Source of the DNA: Tetramitus jugosus
Lineage: Eukaryota; Protista; Heterolobosea
Length of the DNA stretch: 64,000 nt
Reading direction: 5' to 3'
Assembly: GCA_937625935.1 (NCBI GenBank)
Contig: OW569389.1
Location: 62,001 to 126,000 of the forward strand
The notes beneath the pieces were generated by a model. The model saw only the letters and a program-made list of their open reading frames with translations. It was not told the origin of the DNA and made no database searches. Below, one piece after another: positions 53,153-64,000 of this stretch. Made by a program: the position numbers and the translations under genes. Every line of letters begins with the position of its first letter. The stretch's first letter is position 1.

Positions 53153-54964
53153 ATGGGTCTCTTTCATTCAAGGGAAGAAGAGTTCCAACGCTCAAAATTA
53201 CATGCAAAAAAGCAAAAAAAACGACTCAAAAAGTTGTTTGAGGACAAGACCAAGTCGAGCGGTGATGCCACGAAACCATGGAGCGAAGTGGTGAATGAAA
53301 GAGGTGGTAGTGGTGATGATGGTGATGATAATGACATTTATGGTGTGCAAGATTTACCATATGATCTGTTAATGCACATTTTTAGCTTTACGGATCGTAA
53401 GACATTGCTCTTCTCAGTTGCGACATCTTCTCGTTCACTGTTTTTCATGTCAAAAATGTGCAACAGAAAGTTTCATGTGTCTCCGTTGAGTTTGTCCATT
53501 TTGTCTCTGGAGAGATATCGCGAGGATGGATCAGCATCCGCGCCAGTCCTGTCTCTGGACAATGGTAGTAGTAGTGTCACACTTAAGATGGTTGTGGATG
53601 CATTGTGTAATTCTGAGTGGTCTCACTGGTTTTATGAAGTAAGTTTTGCTATTTCGAGAAACGTCTCGGAAGTGTTAAGGACGATGGCAGTCTCAAAGGA
53701 CTCTCCCCATGCCTCTTCAAAGTACTTGTTTGGGGATCAGATTGATATCTCTCACTTGCAACAGATTAGAGAATTTTGTCCCAGAGTAGTTGCCCTCAAT
53801 TTGAATGCATGTTACAATATTAACAACAAATGTTGTTTTGTTTTGGGTTCGTTCGAAAACTTGAGAAGACTGAACCTGATTGGTACGAGCATCAACAAAT
53901 ATGGTTTTGATAATTTGGTATCCGCATTGTGTAAAAGTCAATCAAATGACACACTGAGAGAATTACACGTCGATTCATCGGTTGGTTGGCAAGGTCTCAA
54001 ACAATTGATAGACAAATGTCCCAGGTTAACTACTCTAACCATTCACTGTCCGTATGTTAAAATTGGTGCTGATCCTTTTATCGATCTTGAGGATGTATGT
54101 CCAGGTATCAAGAGACTTGTACTCAACGGATCAGTAGACGGCAGGATATGTTCTGCTATTGGAAAAATATTTCCATCACTAACATCATTGACCATTCATA
54201 GAGATGAGTTGAGTCCTTGTTATCTAAATCTGGAGAATATGCTCAAAACACTGGATTCAGACCTGCAAGAACTTAACTTGTCGTCATCTTTCACGACATT
54301 TTCAAATGCTGATTTAATTTTCAAGCATCTACCACTCTTGACATCTCTACAGCTGCATGAATTACCCTCCATTACCCACGATCAAACAGATCAATCGAAT
54401 TGGGCAGCTTCTGCGGCTAATCTCCAGTGTCTAAGACTCTCAGTCAAGGCAGCACCGGCTAGCTTCTACTCTGTGCTCGCTCAGAACTCGCTGTCACTCA
54501 AGGTGTTAGATATCGATCGTAAACGTTTAGACATTATTGCGTCTATTTGCTTCCATGCCGTCAATCTGGAAGACCTTACGATACGGTGTTGTGAGATTCC
54601 AGATATTGGCTATATTCCAACATTCATTGACTCACTTCGTTCATTGAAGTTCTTGAAGAGATTGGAACTGTTAGAGATGAAACGAGCACTAAATATATCG
54701 GAGCTTGTTACTGCTCTTGTAACAACAGAAGGGCCACCAAGATCTCAATTGCAGCAATTCAGTCTTCGTGAGTTCTCTGATTGGACAACAGAATCAATCG
54801 ATCAATTCTTCAACTCTCTGCCCGAGTGGGACGAACTACAAAGATTGGACATGAAGACATGCTTTCCTCTTGTGGTGTGCAGTGACGATATGAGGTCCTA
54901 TGTCAAAACTTTGTTCACCATTGTGGAACAAAAGGCTCCCTTTGTTGTCTTGCACTCTCTGTAA
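53153..54964 (+). CDS. F-box/leucine-rich-repeat protein
   Basis: DLPYDLLMHIFSF F-box; CPxLxxLxL repeats. ATG 53153 follows an A/C-rich leader. Confidence 0.88.
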   Translation: MGLFHSREEEFQRSKLHAKKQKKRLKKLFEDKTKSSGDATKPWSEVVNERGGSGDDGDDNDIYGVQDLPYDLLMHIFSFTDRKTLLFSVATSSRSLFFMSKMCNRKFHVSPLSLSILSLERYREDGSASAPVLSLDNGSSSVTLKMVVDALCNSEWSHWFYEVSFAISRNVSEVLRTMAVSKDSPHASSKYLFGDQIDISHLQQIREFCPRVVALNLNACYNINNKCCFVLGSFENLRRLNLIGTSINKYGFDNLVSALCKSQSNDTLRELHVDSSVGWQGLKQLIDKCPRLTTLTIHCPYVKIGADPFIDLEDVCPGIKRLVLNGSVDGRICSAIGKIFPSLTSLTIHRDELSPCYLNLENMLKTLDSDLQELNLSSSFTTFSNADLIFKHLPLLTSLQLHELPSITHDQTDQSNWAASAANLQCLRLSVKAAPASFYSVLAQNSLSLKVLDIDRKRLDIIASICFHAVNLEDLTIRCCEIPDIGYIPTFIDSLRSLKFLKRLELLEMKRALNISELVTALVTTEGPPRSQLQQFSLREFSDWTTESIDQFFNSLPEWDELQRLDMKTCFPLVVCSDDMRSYVKTLFTIVEQKAPFVVLHSL

Positions 54965-55218
54965 ATAATTCACCAGATTCTTTCTATTTTCTCCGACTGC
55001 TGAATCATTGAAGATCAACCGTTTTGTTGAATGTGATTCTCCAAATTGATCAAACAAACTTTCGCCTTCGAGATTGACTGTCGAACAAGCTTACTCGAAC
55101 ACTCAGCAACACACGACAAGCAAATAGTCTTGACTCTTGCAGCCAAAAAGCGCGCACAAAACGCAACAACCACCGACAAAAAAAACAACCACACAACAGT
55201 CATCAAACAACAACAAAA

Positions 55219-57456
55219 ATGACTCGCCCAAAACAACAACAAGCAAAAAAGAATATGAAAATGTCTCTTGGTGCATTCACACAAACGTTTGCACAAGAGA
55301 GCGATAACGATGAACATGATGAAGTTTACGATTTACTTGAAGAAGATCAAATGCATGACGCTGCCGCTATCGATGTTGATTTGAACCAAATTGACGTTGA
55401 AGAACAAGCCCGCATTCTTCAACAACTCCGTTCGTCGGAGTCGGAAAAAATAAATTTGGCTCCCGCCAAAACTCAATCCTCCGCCTCGTCGTCACTACAG
55501 TTGCGACAACCAACTGCTGCTGCGACAGAAAATGTGGTGCTACAACAACAACAGCAAGCAAATGCTAGCTATGACGTCGATGAAGACTTGGCAAAGTTGA
55601 TTCATCATGACATGACAGACTCTGCCATTGCAAAGCTTTTGCAAGAACAAGAAGACGCAAAGCTTGCAATACAACTCAGTCGGTCACAAGACTCTCAATT
55701 GAAGGCTGCTGTTGCTTCTGCCAAGGTTGGAAAGTATCAAAAATTCTCAGTGCTGTCCTCTGCTACGACCAACAGACCTGTTCTCAGAGGTATGGACGAC
55801 TATGAAATTTCAAATAATTTCAATGAAGATGAATATGATGATGATGAAGATGACGAGTTTGATGATGATGAAAATGATGATGATGAATTGAGTGGTGTCA
55901 TTGTTGATGAAAATGGAAAAATCATTGATGTGGAATCATCGTCCATGAGTGGTAGTGCCTCACTTGCCAAATTCAACTCTAGAATTCATCTCGGTGGATT
56001 CGAACAACAACAACAACAACAGAAACAAGACGCTCATTTGCCTCAAATGTCAAACTCTGTCAAAAATGTGATACGGCAGTCTGAGAGAAAGGGAGAAAGT
56101 CAAAGAATTCGTGTTCATGGAAAGCAAGACAGAGCCACTGTTGAACAAGTGCTCGATCCAAGAACAAGAATGATTCTGTACAAGATGATCAACAATGGAA
56201 CACTCTATTCGATTGATGGTTGTGTAAGTACTGGAAAGGAAGCCAATGTGTACTATGCATCACCTGGTGAAAGCGTAGATGAATCACTAAAGACATTGTC
56301 CAGTGATGTGAGTGGTAGTGATGAGTTGGACGGTGGTTTTGCGATCAAGGTGTTCAAAACGAGTATTCTCGTGTTCAAGGATCGTGATCGTTATGTGAGT
56401 GGTGAGTTCCGTTTCAAGACTGGCTACAGTAAGCACAATCCAAGAAAAATGGTGCGTGTCTGGGCCGAAAAGGAAATGAGAAACTTGAAGAGATTGGAAG
56501 CGATTGGAATCCCCGTGCCAAAACCAGTTCTTCTTCGTCAACACGTTCTCGTCATGACATTTATTGGAAAGAATGGTTGGCCAGCACCTCGATTGAAGGA
56601 TGTTGAATTGAAGTCAAGCAAGATTCGGGAGATTTATCTCGAGATTATTAAGACAATGAGAAGAATGTACCAGGAAGCAAAGTTGGTCCATGCGGATCTG
56701 AGCGAGTACAATATGTTGTACTTTAAGGGCACTGTTTACATTATTGATGTGTCGCAATCTGTGGAGCATGATCACCCTCATGCACTTGAATTCTTGAGAA
56801 AGGATTGCTCTAATATTAGAGACTTTTTCAGAAAGAAGGGATTGGTGAAAGTGATGACCACAAAGGAACTGTTTGAGTTTATTACCGACATTACGATCAA
56901 TCAGAAAAATATTGAAGAGTATTTGACAAAGATGATGGAGATTATTGAGAGTAGACCAGCAGATATGAGCGCTCAAGAGCAAATCGATGAAGAAGTGTTT
57001 AAGCGTGTTTTCATTCCAAGAACATTGACCGAAGTTGTTGATTATGAGAAGGAGCATGAGGGGACAAACTCTGACACAGTTTTTTATAGAACTGTCACTG
57101 GTTTGAACATGGATCTGACAGGTGCTGCAGACAGACCTGCTATCTTGGCTGATAGTCAAGAGGAAGTTCAAGAACTGGAAGAGTATCCAAACGATGTCGA
57201 AAAGGAAGAATATCCAAACGATGTAGAAAAGGAAGAATCGAGTGATGAGGAAGAAGATGGATCTGAATCAGGAGATGAAGAGTCAGGAGACGAGGGAGAA
57301 GATGGAGAAGAGAAGAAGGGCGGTCTACCAGACTTGTCAGCAATGCCAAAGAAGGAGCGGAAAGCCTTTGTAAAGGAGCTCAAGAGACAAAAGAGGGAAA
57401 ACAAGGTTCCAAAACATATTAAGAAGAGATACAGAAAGTTGGCCAACAAGAAATAA
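55219..57456 (+). CDS. RIO1: RIO1-family Ser/Thr kinase
   Basis: DRATVEQVLDPRT, STGKEANVY, LVHADLSEYN, IDVSQSVEHDHP, C-terminal KVPKHIKK. Confidence 0.93.
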   Translation: MTRPKQQQAKKNMKMSLGAFTQTFAQESDNDEHDEVYDLLEEDQMHDAAAIDVDLNQIDVEEQARILQQLRSSESEKINLAPAKTQSSASSSLQLRQPTAAATENVVLQQQQQANASYDVDEDLAKLIHHDMTDSAIAKLLQEQEDAKLAIQLSRSQDSQLKAAVASAKVGKYQKFSVLSSATTNRPVLRGMDDYEISNNFNEDEYDDDEDDEFDDDENDDDELSGVIVDENGKIIDVESSSMSGSASLAKFNSRIHLGGFEQQQQQQKQDAHLPQMSNSVKNVIRQSERKGESQRIRVHGKQDRATVEQVLDPRTRMILYKMINNGTLYSIDGCVSTGKEANVYYASPGESVDESLKTLSSDVSGSDELDGGFAIKVFKTSILVFKDRDRYVSGEFRFKTGYSKHNPRKMVRVWAEKEMRNLKRLEAIGIPVPKPVLLRQHVLVMTFIGKNGWPAPRLKDVELKSSKIREIYLEIIKTMRRMYQEAKLVHADLSEYNMLYFKGTVYIIDVSQSVEHDHPHALEFLRKDCSNIRDFFRKKGLVKVMTTKELFEFITDITINQKNIEEYLTKMMEIIESRPADMSAQEQIDEEVFKRVFIPRTLTEVVDYEKEHEGTNSDTVFYRTVTGLNMDLTGAADRPAILADSQEEVQELEEYPNDVEKEEYPNDVEKEESSDEEEDGSESGDEESGDEGEDGEEKKGGLPDLSAMPKKERKAFVKELKRQKRENKVPKHIKKRYRKLANKK

Positions 57457-57499
57457 ACGACCGCTTTGACATCATGTAAATAATTGTTAGATGGGAGCG

Positions 57500-59467
57500 C
57501 TAAGCGGTTGCCTGTTTATTGGTTGACTCTTCCAAATTCACTAGAATCTTACTCATGTCATCCTTGGAAAACACGGACGATTGTTGAGCAATCGATTTGA
57601 ATTTGGGATCAATCGACCAAAGCGCATTGCAAACCACATACTGGTTGTGCATGTTTCTCTGACAGAACAGCTCTGGATTCCTAATCTGTTTAATCAGTGC
57701 TGAACTCTCGAACCGGTGTGCCTTCATAATTTCTTCCAAATGCGTCGACGTAGATTCTGCGTCACCGCACTTTAGTCTCTGGTGTCTTCTCAAGAATTTA
57801 CCATGAGTTGGCAAATGAATGCCCTTGTGCAGTGGAGGAACAACTCGAAGCGTTGATAGCTTTGAATTCATTTGCTTTGCATGATCAGAAACTTCACAAT
57901 AAACGGAAACACCTGACTCACCCATGTGAAGCAACGGAGATTGCTCATCCGGCTTCTTGCTCTCCCTCGGCATTCGCTTATTGAATTTTCTGTACGCTCT
58001 CAAACTATCATTCATCTCCAATAATGAAGACGAAGAGTGAGAAGAGCAAAGAGAAGACGCAGAAGATGCATTCGACAAGATTGACGAAGACAAGGGAGAT
58101 GAGAAAGATGACGGCGATGGTGACGGTGACAGCGATTGTATAATTTGCTTGGCTTGAGGTGACTTTTTTCTCTGAGGTGATGACGAACTCGTGAGAAAAT
58201 CTACGCTACTATTCATCATCATCATCATCGTATTCGTTGTTTGATCAGATAATGAAACGAGAGAACGGTCCATGACACTTGGATGCACCATGTACTCCAT
58301 ATTCCAATGATCATTTCGATACAACACTTGTTGTTCTTGTTGTTCTTGTTGTTGTTGCTCGTTTTTCTCGAATTCTTCTTCACATGTTTGTTTTGTCGAT
58401 GCGTCTCGTTTCTGTTTTTTCGTCGTCTTGTTTTGCGTCATTAATTGTTTTCGTCGTTGTCGTCCTTGTCGCTGCAACAACAATAATTGTCTTACACTCG
58501 GAAACATGTACTTTTCATTCTTGATCGCTTCTTCGTTTTGATCATCCATCGTCATCATCATTCGATTATTCTCGTCATTCTCAAAATTTTCATCATTGTC
58601 GTTTTCATCATCACTACTACTGCTGTTCCATAATGGTAATGGAACTCTGTCGAGTTGATCTACGATTCGAATCACTGATACACCATCTTCTTCTTCTTCT
58701 TCATCATCATCACTCACTGCTCTCGATCGTTTTCGATTATTAGTTGATGATTTTTGTTGTTGATTAGTGGATGATGATGATGATGATGATGAGATGGATG
58801 ACCGAGGATGATATGAAATCTTGTTGAATCCATTATTCAATAAAGTTGATGATGGGAATGTAGCTGATGGAGATGATGATGAAATTTTGTTGTTCATATG
58901 ATGAAGGTTGTTGTTGTTGTTGTTGTTAGAATTGGATTTTGTGGGAGACATGATAATAGTGGGTTTAGTGATGGTGGTGTTGGTGTTAGTGGTGTTGGAA
59001 GTGCTAGGAGCTACTTTTCGAATGTAACGACGAGTACTCACACGAATGGGACTACTTGATGATGATGATGGTTGTTGTTGTGATGATGATGAGGATGAGC
59101 TCTTGTCATCATTGTTGTCCTCATCAATACAAATCACATCATCACTATCGTCGCTGGTGTGATTGACCACTAAAGCTGTAGCTGTAGTGGTGGCGGTGAT
59201 TTGTGGCGCGGTATTTTTTTTGTGGGTCGGAGAATGTGAAGAGGAGGAGTTTCGTAAATGTGATTGTGGTGATTGTGTAACGATCACATCATCACTGTCG
59301 TCACTGTCATCGTCGACAATGACACATTGTTCGACTGTAGAGCGTTTTTTTTGGCGGTAATGAAGTTGGATCAGATTGTCAAATGTGCCTGGACGGTAGG
59401 CGACACTGGTGGCTCCACCTCCTGGTGCTACGTTTCTCCGGTTGATACTGTGGTTCATAGTCATCAT
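57500..59467 (-). CDS. Hypothetical low-complexity (Ser/Asn/Asp/Gln-rich) protein
   Basis: 655-codon ORF with trinucleotide homopolymer tracts and SIM-like VIVDDD / VICIDED motifs. Confidence 0.75.
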   Translation of the reverse strand: MMTMNHSINRRNVAPGGGATSVAYRPGTFDNLIQLHYRQKKRSTVEQCVIVDDDSDDSDDVIVTQSPQSHLRNSSSSHSPTHKKNTAPQITATTTATALVVNHTSDDSDDVICIDEDNNDDKSSSSSSSQQQPSSSSSSPIRVSTRRYIRKVAPSTSNTTNTNTTITKPTIIMSPTKSNSNNNNNNNLHHMNNKISSSSPSATFPSSTLLNNGFNKISYHPRSSISSSSSSSSTNQQQKSSTNNRKRSRAVSDDDEEEEEDGVSVIRIVDQLDRVPLPLWNSSSSDDENDNDENFENDENNRMMMTMDDQNEEAIKNEKYMFPSVRQLLLLQRQGRQRRKQLMTQNKTTKKQKRDASTKQTCEEEFEKNEQQQQEQQEQQVLYRNDHWNMEYMVHPSVMDRSLVSLSDQTTNTMMMMMNSSVDFLTSSSSPQRKKSPQAKQIIQSLSPSPSPSSFSSPLSSSILSNASSASSLCSSHSSSSLLEMNDSLRAYRKFNKRMPRESKKPDEQSPLLHMGESGVSVYCEVSDHAKQMNSKLSTLRVVPPLHKGIHLPTHGKFLRRHQRLKCGDAESTSTHLEEIMKAHRFESSALIKQIRNPELFCQRNMHNQYVVCNALWSIDPKFKSIAQQSSVFSKDDMSKILVNLEESTNKQATA

Positions 59468-59949
59468 CAGCCTATTTTTTTTGGGAGGAAAAAGTTTTAT
59501 GTGTTTGCATCAAAGGAGAAGGAGAGCGATTCTTCTTCTGTGGGTTTGGTTGATGCGTTGGTTGGTTTTCACAAACAATAATACGCAAAAATCAAGAAGC
59601 GGACTAATTTGTTGGTTTGGTTGTTGCAACAACTACGAGTCGTTAGGAAGATATTGAGGTCTGTTTTGTAACGTTATTCGAACATGCAGTTGATGAACAT
59701 GACATTTTGATCCTTGAGGGCGAAAAAATTAACGTTCTTGGTCGATGGCTGAAAAATTCGAATTAACACATCAGAGCATGAACAAATAATATCACCAAAC
59801 ATCCATGTCTAAGCAAGCCAAGAAAAGAATTAGCACTCGCGAGACTTATTTAATTAATGTTGAACGTGTGGGCTCATGGTCCAATGGACTCACAGATACA
59901 AGCGATGGGTTTGTTGAACGCCATGAGAAAAGATTCGTGTAACTATCAC

Positions 59950-61484
59950 ACCACAAAAATTTTGCGACCAATATTTCAGAGAAACAGATATTTCATATTA
60001 CTCATACTGGCAACCTTCTCAGGACCCAGCAGATATAACCCACTGACATGTTCTTAATACCACGGAGACATGGATATGACTTCATCCTCCTTGGGGTAAT
60101 CATACTCCTGTTCATACACAATTGGGCGAAGGAACTACGGTCAAGAGAACTCACCGGAGACTTCTTTTGAAGATAACAAACCTTGTCGTTTATTCAGCCA
60201 AAAAAATCAATCAGCTTCCATCGACTTTTCATTTTTTATAGTTCGATGAAAATTGTGACCAATATTTTCCCTTCCTTTTGTATTGGTCCTGTCCTTCAGT
60301 CTATGTTCGATAGATCAGAATTTCGACGATTTTATGTTCAAGTGAACAATAGCTTTACACTCCTTCTGTCATCAAGGATATACCAACCAAGTGTGAGACT
60401 ACTGGTAATCATGATAGGCGTCATGAGCAACAAAACAGGAATTTACGAGTCATTCATCGTTGATACACTCAATGAAGCTTGTGTTCATGACTCCAAAGTA
60501 ACAATTAATTCTCGACACAGGCTTGTATGTTACACTGATTCTGGACTAAAAGGAAGAGGTTAAAATATTTGGTTTCAGCGCTGCTGGAGCAAGTTTTCTT
60601 GTTTGAAGGAAATCAATGGTACATATATGCACATCCTTCCCCACTAACCTCCTCATTCGTTTAATTTTACGAGTGATAGTTCTAGTACCATTAGTATCTT
60701 CATTGATTGATCTCGTTGATGGAAACAAAGAAGATTTGGCGACTGGGTTTCGTTACTTCTTCTGAGAATTTCTCTGATTGTCGACTATTTTTTCCATACA
60801 ACCATGTGTGCTTGTTTATTTGCGAACATTGAAGAAGTGGAATTCACTTGCTCCAGGATTTGCCGGTTCCCAGCATTGAACTATAGAACAGTCACTGTTG
60901 GCAGTGGTGTTGCTACAGCTCTTTCTTCTTCTACCAACACTGGCTCAGGAGTAGTCTCAACAAGCTGACTTGGGCAACTTTTTGTTCCGGCATGAACACT
61001 GCTCGTACATAGGTTTCATCACCCATGAGCCACGATAGCAGTGTCACACTTCTTGAGCACACTGACAACCTTCTCAGGTCCCAGTAACTTCTTGATGTCG
61101 TCCACTGACATGTTTTTCATGCCATGGACGACCACCTTTCTTGTGCAATCAACACTGCGCTAGGATGCAGCAGTGCTGTTGCAAGTCCTCCTCTCTATGT
61201 TGAAGAACTCCACAAACTCATAGATGGGGTCATCCCTGACCGTCATCCATACAAAGAGCGTAGCTGACCTTTCCTCTTGATGATTTGGACTCGGTTGAGC
61301 CAGTCACCAAACTCCTCTCCTATCTTTCTTGCCAAAGATGACTGAGAGACACAGGAATGACAACCTCTCTGTCACTTGGCGAAGAGCTTTCTGTACAACA
61401 CTGCATAACGACTGTTCCCGTATTCCTTAATCAATTTTGTTGAATCACCAGACATGTGACTCCGTTTTTTCGGTTGTTTATCCG
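59950..61484 (-). mobile_element. Old decayed LINE copy: ORF1 from ATG 61455, possibly followed by an eroded ORF2 endonuclease
   Basis: PSDREVVI..LARKIGEEFGDWLNRVQIIK..FVWMTVRDD matches 62490-62660; RRM-like KVVVHGMKNMSVDDIKKLLG. The part below ~60800 is tentative. Confidence 0.6.
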
Positions 61485-61508
61485 ATTCCGTCGAACAATT
61501 ATCCTCAA

Positions 61509-62691
61509 TTTTTTTCAATACAACCCATTTCGGTTGCTCTTTTTATTGTCTTGCTTATTCACTTGCCCCGGTGAGTTACCGGTTGGTAGGCAATGACGCC
61601 CAGAGAGAGTCATTACTGTTGATTACATTTATATTTCGATGTAGTGAACAGGTGGTGGAGAGTCTTAAGACATCTCCTCTTTACACTGTTTTGGCTTTCT
61701 TCTGTGCCAGTGACTTCTTCATTCCAGACCCTCAGCGACCTCCATGATGGCGTCTATTTCTATGCCCATCATTCCTTGCAGCAATTCACGGCTAGACTTT
61801 TTGAGCCGTCGCCTCACAACCTTTCCTTCCTTCAGTCGCATTTCATCAAACCAAGTATCCACGTAGGCTGAATTCCCATATTCTTGAGATCATGCCCCAC
61901 TTTCACTGCCAATTGCCTTCTGATCATTATTGCCCTTGGACACCTGATCAAACAATGGAGCACACTCTCTGGCTCAATCTGACACCAACAACACATGACC
62001 TGCACCTCACCAGTGTTGTATAGATCGTACAACTTCTGCTATGTGGAGTGTTCCACTGCGTACCTGTGCATGAAAACATTCCAACTTCCTGTCTATACCA
62101 TGAGGGTATTTGAGGAAGCTAAAATCTGTACCACTATTGTTTGCTGCCCGCCAACGTCGGTGGTTGTGCTTCTTGCACGGTCCACCATGATTGCTCGGGC
62201 AGCAATCTCTTTCTTGACTTTCTTGAACACCTCGGAGGTGTTCAATACTAGCTCGAGGATTGCTCTGTTACGAGCATCCTCATCAATGGTGTTGTTGGTT
62301 GGCTCTTGGGTGACCGTAGTTGGAGTGGCGGGATGGGACTCCGGCATGATCGACTCCCAGTCATCGGTCGTAGACGGAGTCGAAGGTTCGAATTCGGAGA
62401 TTCGCTCCGGCGTCCTTGGAGACGGGGATGCGAGGGGAATCCGGTTGACGGAAGCCATATCTTTTAACACACTGACTTGTTGTCTTTAAATGTTGTCATC
62501 AACAACAGTTACCCACGCAACAAACCTCTTGGGGCCCTTCTTGATGACTTGGACCCTGGTGAGGAAATCACCAAAATCCAAGCCAATCTTCTTGGCCAAG
62601 GCAGCCTTGGGGGAGTCATCACACTTTCCAGTGATGATGACCTCCTTGTTGCTTGGCGCAGTTCCTCTTGGTGCTGTGGTCCACACATTGA
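61509..62691 (-). mobile_element. Internally deleted LINE copy (ORF1 part joined to ORF2 C-terminus, 3' UTR and A-tail) upstream of tRNA-Glu
   Basis: RAANNSGTDFSFLKYPH..AQVRSGTLH, CCWC..ESVLHCLIRCPRA; 3' end gagcaaccgaaatgggttgtattg(A)7. Junction to ORF1-like sequence near 62155; 5' end approximate. Confidence 0.85.
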
Positions 62692-62743
62692 ATTCCTTCG
62701 TGCACTGCGAATCTGATATATCCCCTAAGGTGAATCTAATATA

Positions 62744-62816
62744 TCCCATATAGTCTAGTTGGTTAGGATACATGGCTCTCACCCATGAGACCCGGGTTCG
62801 AGTCCCGGTATGGGAG
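62744..62816 (+). tRNA. tRNA-Glu(CTC)
   Basis: Acceptor TCCCATA/TATGGGA, anticodon arm CATGG-CTCTCAC-CCATG, T-arm CCGGG-TTCGAGT-CCCGG, followed by a T5 terminator. Confidence 0.97.
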
Positions 62817-62954
62817 TTTTTGTTCCTCTATCTTGGATAGAATGGAATTGAAACCTGTTTACATGTCTGTGATTACGGTTGCAGTGGATGCCCTGGGTAC
62901 CCTTTTTCTTGGTAGAAGTATCAAGAAATGCTTTGAAATAAAGCTCTATCCGGG

Positions 62955-63740
62955 TCACTCGAGAACATTAAAGTGCTTTACATCCGCATCATCTTGAATC
63001 TCTTGCAGCTCCTTCATAACGTCTTGGTTGCCTGTGACACACGAACCAGAAAAAGAAAGGTTCTGAATAATTTCTGGTATATTATCATCATCCAATTCGC
63101 CATCAAGAATCACCAGAGATTCATCAAGCTCTGTTCTAGCCTTCTTTGCAGACGAGTCTCCACTATCTTCATCTTCTCTTAATCGCTTGATAGGACTTGC
63201 ATGTAATACAGAACTTGATACTTTGGAGGCTGATTGTTCCTTGGCTTGACACTCTTGTTCGAGAAGCTTGAGCTCATCTGCAATCTGGGAGATGTAAACT
63301 TGCTTGAACTCTTCCACTGCGACTCTCTTGTTTGCAACATTGTGAAGAGTGATACCAGGCTTGTTGGACTTAACTCTTCACACTTTCTTTCAGTTGAACA
63401 TGTTGCTCCTTCTTTACTGGGCATCGTTGCCATTCACACTTACCATCACATTTTATTGGTACACAGATTTTCGAATGACCAACGGCTTGCGGTTTGTGGC
63501 ATTTACTGCAGAATCTTGAACCGTTTGAGACTAAACTGTTATCATCTTGTTTTTTTGTGAATTATTATCTGCTGTCGATGATGATTGAGTTGGTGATTGT
63601 AGTGGTGATTGAGGTGGTTGAGTTTGTGATTGTGTTGATGAATGAGATGAAGAAGTAGCTGGTGATGGAGTAGAAGATTGAGTAATAGTTGTTTTACTAT
63701 GTGATGATTGATTAGTCAGTGGTTGATGTTGAGCTGACCA
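62955..63740 (-). pseudogene. Decayed ORF with Ser/Thr-rich and Cys/His-rich segments, unidentified
   Basis: Fragments RFCSKCHKP..GH..C..C..C..C and an acidic 120-aa tail, separated by frameshifts. Confidence 0.3.
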
Positions 63741-64000
63741 GTGCAGTCCTGAAATCTAAAATGAGTTGCCATGAGTTGTCTTGTTGTTTTTTCAATACGA
63801 CTTTCTTTTTGGCGGTTCAATTGTGCAGTGTTCAATAAACAAAACATGTCGAGAGGGCCACATAGGAGGAAGTCACCTGAACAACTGAAAACAACTGTTG
63901 ACTACTACAAACTACGATTCGCAGCAACACGTTCATTCATGAGAGGGATGCCAATGAATGAAGTTGTTGATATCTTCAAAGTTAGTGTTGGGCAGGTAAA

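Noticed and set aside
37663-57449. Numerous antisense and nested short ORFs
   Set aside because: Shadows of long conserved genes, without motifs.
62385-62395. Internal B-box-like ggttcgaattc in LINE ORF1
   Set aside because: Single imperfect match in coding sequence, not seen in the second ORF1 copy.
62486-62782. ORF starting inside the tRNA on the opposite strand
   Set aside because: Its first ~30 codons are antisense tRNA and flank; only the distal part is LINE ORF1.
1-64000. CRISPR array or TnpB/Fanzor locus
   Set aside because: No regularly spaced repeat-spacer array, and no RuvC + zinc-ribbon TnpB motifs in any ORF read.

Overview
Eukaryotic nuclear DNA from an intron-poor, moderately AT-rich microbial eukaryote. 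GT-AG introns are seen only in RPL24 and one membrane-protein gene. The RCC1-EGF-TM kinase and REJ/GPS proteins recall heteroloboseans, but that is inference only. About 16-59 kb is mostly a compact gene block: REJ/GPS protein, ribokinase, F-box-cyclophilin, RPL24, DUF676 lipase, CCDC25, PIKfyve/Fab1, F-box-Ras-like GTPase, TPP2, TPR/ARM, F-box/LRR and RIO kinase. The ends (0.8-10 kb, 59.8-64 kb) and 28-34.5 kb are accessory DNA full of transposon relics. The ORF track misses three dispersed 5S rRNA genes and one tRNA-Glu(CTC). Main result: all four Pol III genes have copies of one non-LTR (LINE) retrotransposon family directly upstream, always pointing away from the gene. Where target-site duplications are readable the element starts 50-51 bp upstream of +1, and older copies are stacked behind newer ones. 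This looks like a 5S/tRNA-targeting retrotransposon system analogous to Dictyostelium TRE5. Second result: an unexplained ~87-nt two-hairpin motif occurs three times with clear compensatory base changes, a candidate novel ncRNA. A decayed P-element-like transposase followed by a DEDDh exonuclease and a PHD finger is also present. All calls come from reading motifs by eye; no searches were run.
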